A stretch of 59,008 nucleotides of DNA, filler included, from Pirum gemmata (GCA_002812295.1; 8 parts of 8 records of this genome joined end to end with filler, not necessarily neighbours in it); one strand, 5' to 3'. Positions 25,422 to 37,964 are shown, counted from the first letter of the whole stretch. Notes: generated from the sequence alone by a model not told the origin. A program made the numbers and translations.

Positions 25422-25784
25422 TTTTAAAAGCAACTATATGGCAATTGAAACTATTTGTTGGGGTAGTAAATTAAATAGCATTCCTTTTTGTATTGATAGT
25501 TTTGAAGTTAATAGTAGTAGAAGTAGTGGTGGTAGTAGTAATAAAAGAAGAGATATATTATGTAGAAATTATGTATAATTAGGATTTAATGGGAGTATGA
25601 TAAATTTTTTTATTATTATTATAATTATTACTATTACTATTACTATTATTATTATTATTATTATTATATTACATCAACTATAAACTATTATTATCATTAT
25701 TAATATTATTAGCATAATGAGGGTTATTATTATCTTTATTATTATTATTCAAATTACATTACTTTTATTCTTTTATTCTTTTAG

Positions 25785-28700
25785 CTAAAAACCAACTTGG
25801 CTGAGCTCGTAGCAGTCAACGAAAACTACAAAATCAAATTAGAAATACACGAAAATGATATAAAAACATTAGAAGCAGAAAAAGATAAACAAAATACAAC
25901 TGCTAAAAATGAAGCTAAAAAGTTATTAGACAAAATAGCTCGACAAGAGGATAACTATGGGGAATTATTGCAACAAAACGAAGAAGTGAAAAATCAATTG
26001 ACAAACTTAGAAGCAGAACGAACTACACAAGTTAAGTTATTAGAACAAGAAAGAGAAGAGTTACGCGAAAAAATACAAGAAACAGATGAAAAATGGAAAA
26101 ATGAAATAAAGAATAATAATAACAAAACAAAAATACACAAAGAAAAATATATTGCTTTAGAAAACGATTTGAAAGATAAGGTTTTGGATTATGAGAATAA
26201 ATTACAAGAATCGGAAACAAAAATCACTGAGTTGGTTTTAGAAAAAACCAACGCAGTGAAAAAAAATGAAAGCCTTGTTCAAGGCTATGATGAAGTTAAG
26301 GATAACTTGGTTAAAGAAATTAATACAAGTAATCAAATAAAACAGAGTGTTGAAGCTTTACAAAAACAATTAGAAGTAAACGAGCAAAACTATGAAAAAG
26401 AGAAAGGGAGTATGGAACAAAATTTTAGATTTTTACTGTGGGAAAAAGAACAACTAAAATTAGAAGAACAACTAGAGCAAGAATTAAAACTAGAGAAACA
26501 ACAACAATTCCACGAACAACTCCAACAACAACAACAACAACAACTTGAAAGCTACAAATCTGATATGGGTTTGAGACTAAATAGTTTATTACACAGCAAC
26601 GAAGAAATACAAATACAATGTGAAAAAGTAAAGCAAGAGATGCAGTTGAAATTAAGTTTGGCCTTGCAAGAAAAGCAGTCGATGGAAAGTAAAATAGAAA
26701 AAAATAATTTAAATTTGCAACAACAATGTGAACAACACCGTGTTCAAATAACAAAGCTAAATGGAGAATACGAAAATTTTCAAAAAGATAACAAAACCAA
26801 AACTGAATTTTTATTAAAAGAAAAAAATCAGTTGCAAGAAGAATTGAAAAAACAATGTTGCATTACAGACAAAAAAGAAGAAAATAACATAACTTTGGAG
26901 AAAAAATTAGAAACATTAACGTTGGATTTTGAAAACACAAAAAGAAAGTTAGAAGAAAAAAAAGAAAGTAACTTAATTTTAGAAAAAAAATTAGAAACGT
27001 TAGAGCTCGATTATGAAAACGAAAAAAGACAATTACAAAAAAAGGATAAGGATAACGAAGAAAAACTGAAAACAATTCGAATAAAATTTGAAAATGAAAA
27101 TATTAATCTGAATCAGGATTACCAATCTAAACTTGAGTTATTAAACACAGAAAAAAGAGAATTAGACGTACATACTAGAATTAAAGTAGATAATTTAATG
27201 ATTGAAAAAGAAGAACTCGAAAAGGCTTTACAAAAAAAGCAAGGGGAATTGGAAAATTATTTTGAAATCAACTTTAACCAAACCGAAGAATATAAAAAGT
27301 TGAAAGAAAAAGTAAAACTAGTGAAGCAGGAATCCGAGTATGAAAAAAGTTATTTAGAAAATCAATTAAACGAATTGAAAGCACGAGCAAAAAATCAGCT
27401 CGAAAAATTAGAAACCGAAAAAAAGAACTTTTTGAAACTAATGAAAAGTAAGTTTCAAGAAAAATTGAAAGAAAAAGAAATTGAACACGAAGTTAAAACG
27501 AAAGAAATTTATAATCAAAGAGAACAAATGATAAAAAAAGTGCAAGAAAATACCAAACAACAACAAGAAGAGCTCGAAAAAAACTTGCAATTTAGATTCA
27601 CTGAACAATTTAAGGAAAAAGAAGACGAGTATAAGTTTGAAATAATTAAACTGTCCAACCAACGAGAGTTATTAAAAGCAAAACTAGAGGAATCTACCAT
27701 AAAAACCGAGCAACAACAACAAGAAATTGAAACCCGTTTAGCAATTAAATTTCAAACCATAATAGAAAAACTTGAAAATGAATACAAAGCAAAACTAACT
27801 ACTGCCACACACCAAAAAGAAGAAATGCTTACTTTAAAAAACGAGTCTGAGGAAACTAGTCAACGAAAAATTAAAAATCAACAAGAGCAATTCAAAATCT
27901 ACTTGCATAAAAAATTGAAAGAGCAAGAAGAAATCTATAAAGAAGCTGACCTAAAACTTCAAAAAACCAAAAACGAGGAGATAAAGTTACTAATCGATGA
28001 ACTTAAAACAGCCAAAACAGCCAACAACGCTAATCGACAACATATTCTCAACGAACTAAACGACAAAAAAAGGGTATATGAAGAAGAAAATTTAAAAAAT
28101 GTGGCCATTTGTAAAAAAAAAGATGAAGAAATTGAAGTATTAAAAAAAGAAATCGAAAAAACCAAAACTGAACAAAACAATTCTCAAATACAAAGGCAAA
28201 AGGAAATAGAAGAGTGTGAGAATCTAAAAGAGGAAAGACGGAAATATTGTCATACGATAGAATTACTTCAAGGGGAGATTGAAAGTGCTAATTTAGAAAC
28301 TAAAGTGCAATTAGAAAAGAAAGAGCAAGAGAAAATGAAATTTTTGAAGACTATGAAAGTTAAATTTCAAGAAAAAATCAAGGAAAAAGAACTCGAAAGT
28401 GAAAATAAGTTTTTAGAAATGTTAAAACAAAAGGAGACAGCTATCACAGAATTACAACAAAAAGTAGAATTTAGTTTACAACAACAACAAAAACTCGAAA
28501 ACGAAGCTGAAGAAATGAAATTGGAGAAAAGAAAAGAAATAATTAACGCCCAACAGCAAACAGCAACAACAGCAACAACAGCAACAATGGAAATGGAAAT
28601 GAAAGAAAAAAATAAGGAAGTGGTAAAATCGCTTACAGAGGATTTACAGAAAAAAATAACCGAACAAGCTCAAATTGAAATTCAACGACAACGACAAGAA

Positions 28701-29288
28701 ATGGAATGGCAAGCTCGAATAAAGAAACAGGAAACCGAGTTCAATTCAAAAATGGGCTCGAAAGACAATGAAATAGAACAGCTAAAAAAAGAAATTAAAA
28801 AAACTATGGACTGGCAAGCTCGGATTCAAAAACAGGAATCCGAGTTTAATTCGAAAATGGGCACCAAAGACAATGAAATAGATCAACTAAAAAAACAATT
28901 TCAAAACACTATGTCGAGGTTGAACGAGCTTGAAAATAATGAAAATTTAGAAAAAATTGCAAATGAAAACTTGGAAAACAACCGAATACAAGAATTAGAG
29001 GCAGAATTACAGGCACTTAAGCTCGAAAAGGAAAATTTGAAAATGAGTACGTACAAACAAGATCAAGCTAATAATGCTGATCGAAAACAATTGGAAATGA
29101 AATTTCAAAACCGAATAGCTGAAACGGAACAAGAATATCAACACCGATTGAATATTTTGAAGCAAAAAGAAAACGAAACACAAAAATTGAATGAAAAAAT
29201 TGAAGAAACTGTAAAAAAAATGGTTCAAGAACAAAATGCTTATTTACGCGACGTAGTTTTTAAATTATTGACCGGCTTCAAGTCTGAT
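25785..29288 (+). CDS. Long coiled-coil protein, probable GRIP-domain golgin (single 3.5-kb exon; gene continues past the segment end)
   Basis: A 1169-aa E/K/Q/L heptad-rich ORF. Polypyrimidine-TTAG acceptor at 25784 and GTAATT donor at 29289. The exon ends NAYLRDVVFKLLTG, resembling the start of a GRIP domain (conserved Tyr in EYLK/RxVxxxF/L). Confidence 0.8.
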
Positions 29289-29421
29289 GTAATTGTTTAC
29301 TTATAATTGTTGATTTTTTTAATTTTTTAATTTTTGATTGTTAATTGCTAATTGTTATTTATTTGTTATTGTTATTTGTTATTTGTTATTTGTTATTTGT
29401 TATTTGTTATTTGTTATTTGT

Positions 29422-29521
29422 NNNNNNNNNNNNNNNNNNNNNNNNNNNNNNNNNNNNNNNNNNNNTTAATTAATTAANNNNNNNNNNNNNNNNNNNNNNN
29501 NNNNNNNNNNNNNNNNNNNNN
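29422..29521. other. Artificial contig linker
   Basis: Same 100-nt spacer. Confidence 0.95.
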
Positions 29522-30234
29522 TTATTATTATTATTATTATTATTTCTTGTTTGTAAACAAGATTCCTAGCTAGAGTCTATAGAACTGTATAGGGAGATGC
29601 GGGAAACCCATCGAATCGAGACTAGTTCGAAATTTTCGAAATTTTTCGATCTAATTTTAAAAATATTGACTCACTTTTGATTTCTCTTATAATTTTATAC
29701 AAAAAACTTGAAACTCGAAAAAAAAAATATCATTTCAAAGTTGTCACTAATTAATAATTAGGATGAGTGGATTGATTCGGCCGGGGTACGGTTCTTCAGA
29801 ACTCTCTTTCTAAATAAAGAAAATAATATTAATTATGCAAAATGAAAGAAATGAATCTGTAAAAAAAAAATATTGGGAATTTATTATTATAATAATTTTT
29901 GTATAAAATTATAGGAAACGTTAATAACGTTCATAGAATTACGTCAGGAAAATAATTTAATTGCACATCTTTAATATTCAAATTGGTAGGTTTTAATAAT
30001 ATATGATAATATAATATTATATAGTCTTATAAGTATTCTTGTGTTTTAAACTAAATATTACTGGTAGTTTACTCATAACATATCGTTTAATTTTATATGT
30101 ATGTGATAATATGTTTATTGTTTGATTAATATTATCATTACGTGATTATGATTCATTGTTATCATTTTCAATTTTCAATTTATCAATATGTATCATTTTG
30201 AAATTTCAATTTATAATTTTCATTTGTTTTTTTT

Positions 30235-31548
30235 TTATACTAGTTCATTTGCGTACTGAAGAGTGCTACCATTAAATAATGGATTGTTGTCCGAAGGGCT
30301 TTCAAGATTGACGTCATTTCTCTCAGGAGTCACTTTACCAACATGCTGCTTGTACAAATAACTAGCACCAATCAAAGCCCCTATACCAGCAGCTGCTCCA
30401 AGAACACCACCCACAACCGCCCCCACATTAGTTCCATTACCGTCATCATCATCGTTACCTAACGGACTGCACAAACTACAAATTTGTGTTTCAGTTAAAT
30501 CAGCACACTCGAGCTCGTTACTATTGTTTTCAAATACATTTCTAGTTCTTGTTTGTGTACCATTACTACAACCATCTTCTTCAATTTCTATTTCTTGAGC
30601 AATGTTGCAATCACTCCATTCGGTCCATTCTGTTGTTTGACAGGGTACCGGTACCTCGTCACATTCTATTTCACAGGATCCAGTCTCAGTTAAAGGTGGA
30701 CATTGAGCACCATTATATTCAGCTTCTTTAGTAACTTCTCTACTTCGACTATTGCTTCCTGTACCACAAGTTAACCCCTCTTGTAAGGCACAAATGGACC
30801 ACTCGGACCATTCTGAAACTTGGCAATTTACATTACAAATAGCTTTGGATAAATCTTTAATTCTATCATTTAACTTATCAAAATCGTCCACTCTGAATAT
30901 ATTATTGGCGTTACCAGTTAAATCCATTAAACCTTGCTCTTTAATGTTTTCTTTACCAATAGCCACAGCAAGAATCGTGTACCCTTTGTTACGTAAGGCT
31001 GGAGCAACGTTTGAAACATAATCTGAACTAATTTGATCATTGGCATCACCGTCAGTAAGGGTGATAATAATTCTTGGTACACCATTACCTCGAGCTGTTT
31101 TGTTAAACAAAGTTTTATCCATCTCTTTCAAAGCACCCCCTAAATGTGTTCTCATATTAGGTTGGTTTTCTTCTTCAGTATATTCTAATGCAAATAAATC
31201 ATCAGTTAGTGTAGTTTTTGTGTAAGAGTTTCTTCCAGAAAAATCAGTGTATGGGGTATAATTGATGTTGAATTCGGAAAAAGCGATGCGAGCTTGGTCT
31301 TCCCCAATACTTAATTCATCATTAACTAATTGAACAAATTCTTGCATTTGTAACATACGTCGTTGTCCTAAAGAAAGTACGTTTTGTCCATATTTATTCC
31401 AACCAATACTACCACTTTGATCAAACAAATAAGCAATATCTGCAATTAAATTGCAATCTTCATTATCGTTTAATTGTGTTTTAACATTTACCGCACTCAA
31501 GATTAAAATAGATATACTTTTAATAACTAATTTACTAGTGAAATACAT
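30235..31548 (-). CDS. Type I membrane adhesin: signal peptide, vWA domain with intact MIDAS, two spondin-type TSP1 repeats, TM helix, short tail with NPxF
   Basis: Complete intronless 437-aa ORF. vWA motifs DIAYLFDQSGS, RTHLG and IITLTDG; TSP1 motifs CQVSEWSEWSIC..CGTGSNSRSR and CQTTEWTEWSDC..GTQTRTR; TM VGAVVGGVLGAAAGIGALIGASYLY; tail ..DNNPLFNGSTLQYANELV. Confidence 0.93.
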   Translation of the reverse strand: MYFTSKLVIKSISILILSAVNVKTQLNDNEDCNLIADIAYLFDQSGSIGWNKYGQNVLSLGQRRMLQMQEFVQLVNDELSIGEDQARIAFSEFNINYTPYTDFSGRNSYTKTTLTDDLFALEYTEEENQPNMRTHLGGALKEMDKTLFNKTARGNGVPRIIITLTDGDANDQISSDYVSNVAPALRNKGYTILAVAIGKENIKEQGLMDLTGNANNIFRVDDFDKLNDRIKDLSKAICNVNCQVSEWSEWSICALQEGLTCGTGSNSRSREVTKEAEYNGAQCPPLTETGSCEIECDEVPVPCQTTEWTEWSDCNIAQEIEIEEDGCSNGTQTRTRNVFENNSNELECADLTETQICSLCSPLGNDDDDGNGTNVGAVVGGVLGAAAGIGALIGASYLYKQHVGKVTPERNDVNLESPSDNNPLFNGSTLQYANELV

Positions 31549-31619
31549 TGTAAGTGCTTGTTATTTATATTTTTTGCAAATAATGTAATACAATAATTAC
31601 AACCTACAAGCTTAAAATC

Positions 31620-31660
<41 letters not shown>

Positions 31661-31974
31661 AAAAAAAAAAGAAAAAAATTAATTAATTAATATTTTATTA
31701 AATTTTACTTTTTTTATTATTTTTATTATCATTTAAAATTTATGATATTTTTTATTATTGGTTTTTATTATTGTTATCGTTAATCTTTCTCTTATATACA
31801 CTTTTGGTTTTCTTTAATAACATTTCTTTTTTTAACTAAATTTATAATTATTATTATTATTAAAATATTATTATTATTATTTATTTATTTATTTTTATTT
31901 TTTATTATTATTATTATTATTATTTTATTTTTTTTAAAAAAACTTTGTTTCTAGTATTATAGCGTTGTAGTCGT

Positions 31975-32985
31975 ATGTCGTCTTACAGATTTGTCTATTT
32001 GAAAGATTTTTAGTTTGACTTCTGGTGGAAATTCTTTGAAAAGGTTGGGGTTTCGACATCCACTGTCTTGTTGGTTTTCTTTGGATTAGTATCCATAATA
32101 TGTGACTTTTTAGAATTTTTGGTAGTTTTTTTTGTATTGATTCTTCTATTTTTAATTATCTCTTCCCATATTCCAAAGCAAAGGTTGTTTAGGTTATTAT
32201 TATTAAACGTTTTTTGTTTTGAGGTTTTCTTTTGTGTGTTTTATACTACTGTTTGTCATGTTCATTAAATTTTGTTGATTACAACTATTGGAGGACCTTG
32301 AGCATAATATTTCTATTAATTAATGTTTTTGTTGTTTCTTTTTTACATATATTTTTATATTGTTGTTGTATTATTGGGTTAATTGGAAAGGTTGGGGTTT
32401 CGACGTCCATTGTCTTGTTGGTCCATTGTCTTGTTGGTATTCATTTTGTGCTATATTCCAAAGCAAAGGTTGTTTAGGTTGTTATCATTAAACTTTTTTG
32501 TTTTGAGGTTTTCTTCTCTGTGTGTTTTTGTACTGCTGTTTGTCATGATCGTTTGTAGATTCCAACTATTGGAGGTAGTACTAGTGGTTTAGACCTTGGG
32601 CATATTTCTATTAATGCTTTTGTTGTTTCTTTTTTACATTATATTTTTATATTAATTGTTGTTGTATTATTGGGTTAAAATGAAGATATTTTGTTTTATA
32701 TCGTAAAACTCGTAGTTAAACTTATTGTTGCTGTTATTTTTTTGATTGTATGCTGGGTTTAAGAATCGTTCTGTGTTGTTTTGTATTGTGATCATGTTTT
32801 GTAGGGTTTCTATTATGTGAATTATCCATGTTGGTAATACTTTATTGTTGTTTGTGTTGTTAATAATGTTGTGTAAAGTAAGATTCTGAATGTAGTTATG
32901 ATATGGTAGGTTTGTGAGTAAGTTGTAGTTACTGAGGAAGCAATGTGACTAGCAAGATTTATTGTGATTGTTATATTAAATTTTG
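31975..32985 (-). pseudogene. Decayed A/C-rich coding remnant, probably from a retroelement; internal duplication 32037-32380 vs 32385-32675
   Basis: The minus strand has a broken frame (..LHNIINNTNNNKVLPTWIIHIIETLQNMITIQNNTERFLNPAY..) homologous to 42526-43035. Confidence 0.45.
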
Positions 32986-33007
32986 TATTGCGTTATGAAG
33001 ATGTGTT

Positions 33008-33041
<34 letters not shown>

Positions 33042-33064
33042 TTGTGCTGCGGGTAATATTTTTT

Positions 33065-33103
<39 letters not shown>

Positions 33104-33105
<2 letters not shown>

Positions 33106-33337
33106 GCCAAGCCGGATAAAACTAGAGATCATTTTTTTTTTTATACTTCTTTTCTAAAAAGCTTTATACTAGTCTAGCTAGCCAAATTATTTTTTTTAAA
33201 ACTATTCATTCTATTCATTGGTTCATAATAGAGTTTTCTTAGTTAAATAATTTCTCAAAATTTGGTAGTTTTTTAAAAAAATTGGATCACTTTGATATTT
33301 TTTTGATTTTTGAGCTCATTTTTATCCGGCTTGCTAA
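33104..33337. mobile_element. MITE family E (TIR core CAAGCCGGATAAAA, TTAA-flanked; piggyBac-like)
   Basis: TTAA|CAGCCAAGCCGGATAAAA...TTTTATCCGGCTTGCTAA|TTAA. Confidence 0.7.
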
Positions 33338-34070
33338 TTAAAAAGAATATATTATATTATAATATGCAAGGAGGTGCTACTACTTTTTTTTTTATATCAA
33401 TTAATTTTAAAAGACCTTTCCTTTTTTTTATGTTTGAAAATTTCAAATCTATTACATTATTTATGATTGAAAACTAAAACTTCTAGTGAACCAGTGAAAC
33501 GCAAAAGTTGGCTGTCTTAGAAATTTGTAAAAATTATTACTAGCCAGAAATTACGCAAGAAATTTTTGGGGCGAGAATCTGAATCTTCTACACTCCATTG
33601 ACTCCAACACTCTCCACCAAAAATGGATTGATAATTCGGCAAAATAAATGTTTTACAAAATGTTTTCCAGAAACTTCATATTCCAAACACCAATCAATAA
33701 CAATTATTTGTATATTCATTTTTTTATCATTGCTCAAACAATGCTCAGACCTGTCACCTGAGACCCTGATGGCTCAAAAATCTTCTCAAGTTTGGCTCAG
33801 TTCACAACCACTCAGTGACATTGAACTTATATGATAGCAACTTGCAACATTTTCAGAAAAAAAAAGAAGTGCAAAACCCCAGCTACAGTAGCTTTTATGA
33901 TAGTCTTCCAACACTCTTTATTATTAACAGTTATTAAACTTAACTACTAAGAATACTTTTAAAAGCATTATCGTAGGACTATCGCACTAGGTCGATGTAT
34001 TTGAGTTTTTATTGGAGTCAACTATATTGGTGTATTTTTTTTTAAAAAAGTGTAACAAATAATAAAAGAA

Positions 34071-34200
34071 CATTTTTTTTTTTTTATACTTCTTTTCTAA
34101 AAAGCTTTATACTAGTCTAGCTAGCCAAATTATTTTTTTTAAAACTATTCATTCTATTCATTGGTTTATAATAGAGTTTTCTTAGTTAAATAATTTCTCA
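34071..34200. repeat. Near-identical copy of 33130-33257 (family E interior)
   Basis: About 130 nt almost identical, ending at an N plus poly-A; possibly an assembly duplication. Confidence 0.6.
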
Positions 34201-34201
34201 N

Positions 34202-34255
<54 letters not shown>

Positions 34256-34346
34256 TCAAGTTTCAAACTTTTCAAAAATTATTACTTATAAGAGTTCGCA
34301 TTGGTCAAACGAATAACAACACATTATGGCTAGAATAGTATTTCAG

Positions 34347-34382
<36 letters not shown>

Positions 34383-34828
34383 CTTTTTTTTTTTATAAAA
34401 ACATATCTACCATTTTTCTAGCTAGATTCCCGTTTTAATGGCCTTTATTGCAATCTAAAAGCTTAGTATTTTCATTTGGTTGGGTTTGGGGGGGATCTGC
34501 AGCGTTTTGATAGTAACGTCACTGAGTAACGTCATTTAAAAGTAATACTAAAGTAATACTGAAAGGAGCAGAAAATATTTGGGGTAAAGTATGATTGAAG
34601 GTTAGGGTTAAAAGGACTTGAAGGTTAGGGTTAATTAAGGACTTGAAGAATATTATTAATAAATAAGGGCTTGAAGGTTAGGGTTTTAAACGGGCTTAGG
34701 TATGATTGAGTGCAACGAATGCAAAGAGGCCTAACCAACCAAAACACCAAAACTGAATATAATTTGATGCCAATTAACATTTTGGTAGAATTTGTCAAAT
34801 TTGGGTATCATATCCAACCAAACTTATC

Positions 34829-34863
<35 letters not shown>

Positions 34864-35064
34864 GAAGAATCAAAGTTCAAACTCCTCCAAAATCAAACTA
34901 AGACTGAGGGGACTTCGACTCTTCGAGCATAGAAATCATAATGATAGGACGGAGGAAAGAAATCAGATAAAAAAGGTTAATGACATCAAATAGAACTATA
35001 TTAAGTAATACAATAACTTTTTATAGATTAATATTCCATTCTTTATAATACTATGGCGCAATGG

Positions 35065-35367
35065 TCCGAATTCTGCCCCTAAAACTCGACTTTCTGCTTC
35101 TGCCTTCTGCCCCGAAAAGCTCGATTTCTGCCGAGCAGAATTTCTGGTCTGTTTGGCATGTTCGAAATTAATTTTTCGATTTTATTAATAAATGCATAGG
35201 TTCGAAAATTTCGAGGTTATATTTTTATAGTGGTATGATAGAATCAATCTCCTTTTTTTTNTTTTTTTTTTCAAAAAATTAATTTTTGATCGAGTTAGAG
35301 AGGAAAAACACCATTCTGCCATTTCTCGAAAAAGGGCAAATTCTACCCGGGCAGAATTCGGAGACTA
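35065..35367. mobile_element. Putative MITE with TIR TCCGAATTCTGCCC; a relative at about 7620-7832
   Basis: TCCGAATTCTGCCC / GGGCAGAATTCGGA; GCAATGGT occurs near both ends; AATGCATAGGYTCGAAAA is shared with 7786-7803. Confidence 0.5.
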
Positions 35368-35524
35368 GCAATGGTTTTTTAAAAATTTTAATATAGAACT
35401 TTATTAGGTAATGCAATAGCTCTTTTTAGATTAATATAGTATTAATATTCCTTTTTTTTTCAAAAATTCGACTTCTATATATATTATGATAGTCTAGCTA
35501 GCTACCGGTATGCTAACCCAGTCA

Positions 35525-35640
35525 CTCTCTAACCCTAACCCAAACCCAAACCCTAACCCTAACCCTAACCCTAACCCTAACCCTAACCGGGCTAACCCTA
35601 ACCCTGACCCTAACCCTAACCCAGTAACCTTAACCCCAAC
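35525..35640 (-). repeat. Interstitial (CCCTAA)n
   Basis: Direct reading. Confidence 0.85.
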
Positions 35641-35734
35641 AACGAAACGGTGAAGGTGAAACAACAATTTTTTTGTCTGAAGTTAGGTGACCAATCACAA
35701 CACTTTTTGTTTGATATAACCATATATGTATATG

Positions 35735-36776
35735 TTTGACAAGACGTTTACAAAACCTCAAAAGTCCTTCAACCACTTCCGCTGAACGCTGAAGTGAATT
35801 ATTCCCATTGTTGTATGTTATACATTATTATTATTATTATTATTATTTTTATTTTGAAATTCGCTAATTATTAATATTGTAAAATATTAACATAATATAT
35901 CATTCTTTCAAATTACATCCATTTTATTAATATTAATTAATAACTATTCATTTGACAATTGACATTACCTAAAACATCAAAAGTCCTTCAACCACTTCCG
36001 CCACTTCCACCGAGCGTTGCAGTTAATTGTACAACTAATTATTACCATGTATACATGTAATATAGTCATTTTTCAAAATCAGCTATTTCACAATTAAAAT
36101 TTTTAAGAAAAAACTAGTTAGTGCAATTGTGTAATTTTATTAATATTTTAAAATATTTATCATTCTTTCAAATTTCATCCATTTTACTTAATTAATTAGT
36201 AATTTCGTTTTATTTAATTAAAAGGGCTGGGTTATAACTACTATTCATGTAACCATGTTTGCACAGAATGGAAAAGATCAAAAGTCCTTCAACCACTTCC
36301 ACCGAGAGCTTACAGTTAATTGTACAGCTAATTATTACCATAAATTGTATAATATTGTCATTTTTTCAAATTCATCTATATAATTAAATTTTTTTATTAA
36401 AAGAAAAAGCTAATTGTCGTATAATATTGTGATTAAAATATTTATCATTCTTTCAGGTTTCTTCCATTTTAAAATTAATATTAATAATTTTGGTTTAATT
36501 AAGAGATGGGTTATTACAGCTGTTATTACTACTATATATTCATGTAACCATGTTTGTGCAGAACGGAAAAGAACAAAAGTCCTTCAACCACTTCAACCGA
36601 GAGCTTACAGTTGATGGTACAGCTAATTATTACCATGAGTATAAATTGTATAATATTAATATTATAATATTATTTCAAATTCATCTATTTCCTAATTAAA
36701 TTTTAAGAAAAAGGTAATTATTGTATACCGGTATTATTAAAATTAAAATATTTATCATTCTTTCAAATTTCATCTA

Positions 36777-36780
<4 letters not shown>
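35735..36780. repeat. Four diverged tandem units (about 220-300 bp) with conserved core CAAAAGTCCTTCAACCACTTC
   Basis: Core at about 35759, 35978, 36279 and 36575; a second conserved block TATCATTCTTTCA occurs in each unit. Confidence 0.85.
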
Positions 36781-36814
<34 letters not shown>

Positions 36815-36911
36815 AATTATTATTATTATTGTATATATTATGATATTATTCTTATTATTCTTATTACTATTATTACTATTATTATTATTATTTTAAAATT
36901 ATTATTATTAT

Positions 36912-37011
36912 NNNNNNNNNNNNNNNNNNNNNNNNNNNNNNNNNNNNNNNNNNNNTTAATTAATTAANNNNNNNNNNNNNNNNNNNNNNNNNNNNNNNNN
37001 NNNNNNNNNNN
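36912..37011. other. Artificial contig linker
   Basis: Same 100-nt spacer. Confidence 0.95.
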
Positions 37012-37055
37012 AAAACGTGGGTTTATATATCAAACGACACACTTTTTTTTTTTGA

Positions 37056-37135
<80 letters not shown>

Positions 37136-37964
37136 CTCTTCTGCCTTTTTAGTTTTGGTATTTTTTCTTTTTTTTTTTGCCTCCGCAGGGTAGCTCGCAG
37201 GTTTGGAAAAAGAAAAAGAACGCAGGAAACAGTACCGGAAAATACCAATAAAATATGAGTTTTAAATTAATTTTTAAAAAATAAAGCTAATAAATTTTAG
37301 TAAATAATAAATATATTATAACATGCGAAGTTATTGAGAACTGTGTGTAGTTCTCAAGTAAATAAGTAGACAAGTGATTATAGTAGTATTATAGCTAGCT
37401 AGACTATCATATATAAATATCAATAAATCTACATGATACACAGACACAATATCATGTAGCACTTATTAATCAAAATAAAAATAATACATCATAAAATAAA
37501 CATAAACTTTAGTATGATTTCTATTATGTAGAATAAAAATACACCATTAAACTTAAGTATCATTTCTATTCTTCTATAATAACAGCATTAAAAACAATAC
37601 CAACAACCGTGCTAAAAACAACAACAAACCGAACACCAACGATAATCAATAAAACGCCAGCATCAATTGCAAATCAAGTTAAAACCAACCCCAAAACTTG
37701 TTAATTAACATCAACATCAACATCAACACCAATATTAATTATAAAAGCCACCAATTTTCCCATTCAGTACTACCATCAGTGGATTCAGTAGTTTGCGATT
37801 ACTTGTGTATTATTTTAATGCTCTACTCTTACTGTCTTTCGTTCGTAACGTTCTTTAGTATACAAGTACAAACTTATTTGAAACTTATTTATCAGCTGAT
37901 ACTTGTTGCCATTATGTATGATAGTCCAAGTAAAGTATGTTTTATGATACTTTTAAAAATAAAA

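Noticed and set aside
26032..29234. Several short minus-strand ORFs inside the coiled-coil exon
   Set aside because: Antisense by-products of codon bias.
19982..31548. Apparent gene cluster Hsp110 / golgin / adhesin
   Set aside because: The genes sit in three segments joined by artificial linkers.
33470..33880. GC-richer, coding-like stretch (similar ones at 44880-45170 and 48280-48600)
   Set aside because: Stops in all frames I read and no recognisable motif; possibly decayed transposon or gene fragments, but not supportable.
35735..36780. CRISPR-like array with a 21-nt conserved repeat
   Set aside because: Spacers are 200-280 nt and homologous to one another, there are no cas genes, and the context is eukaryotic.
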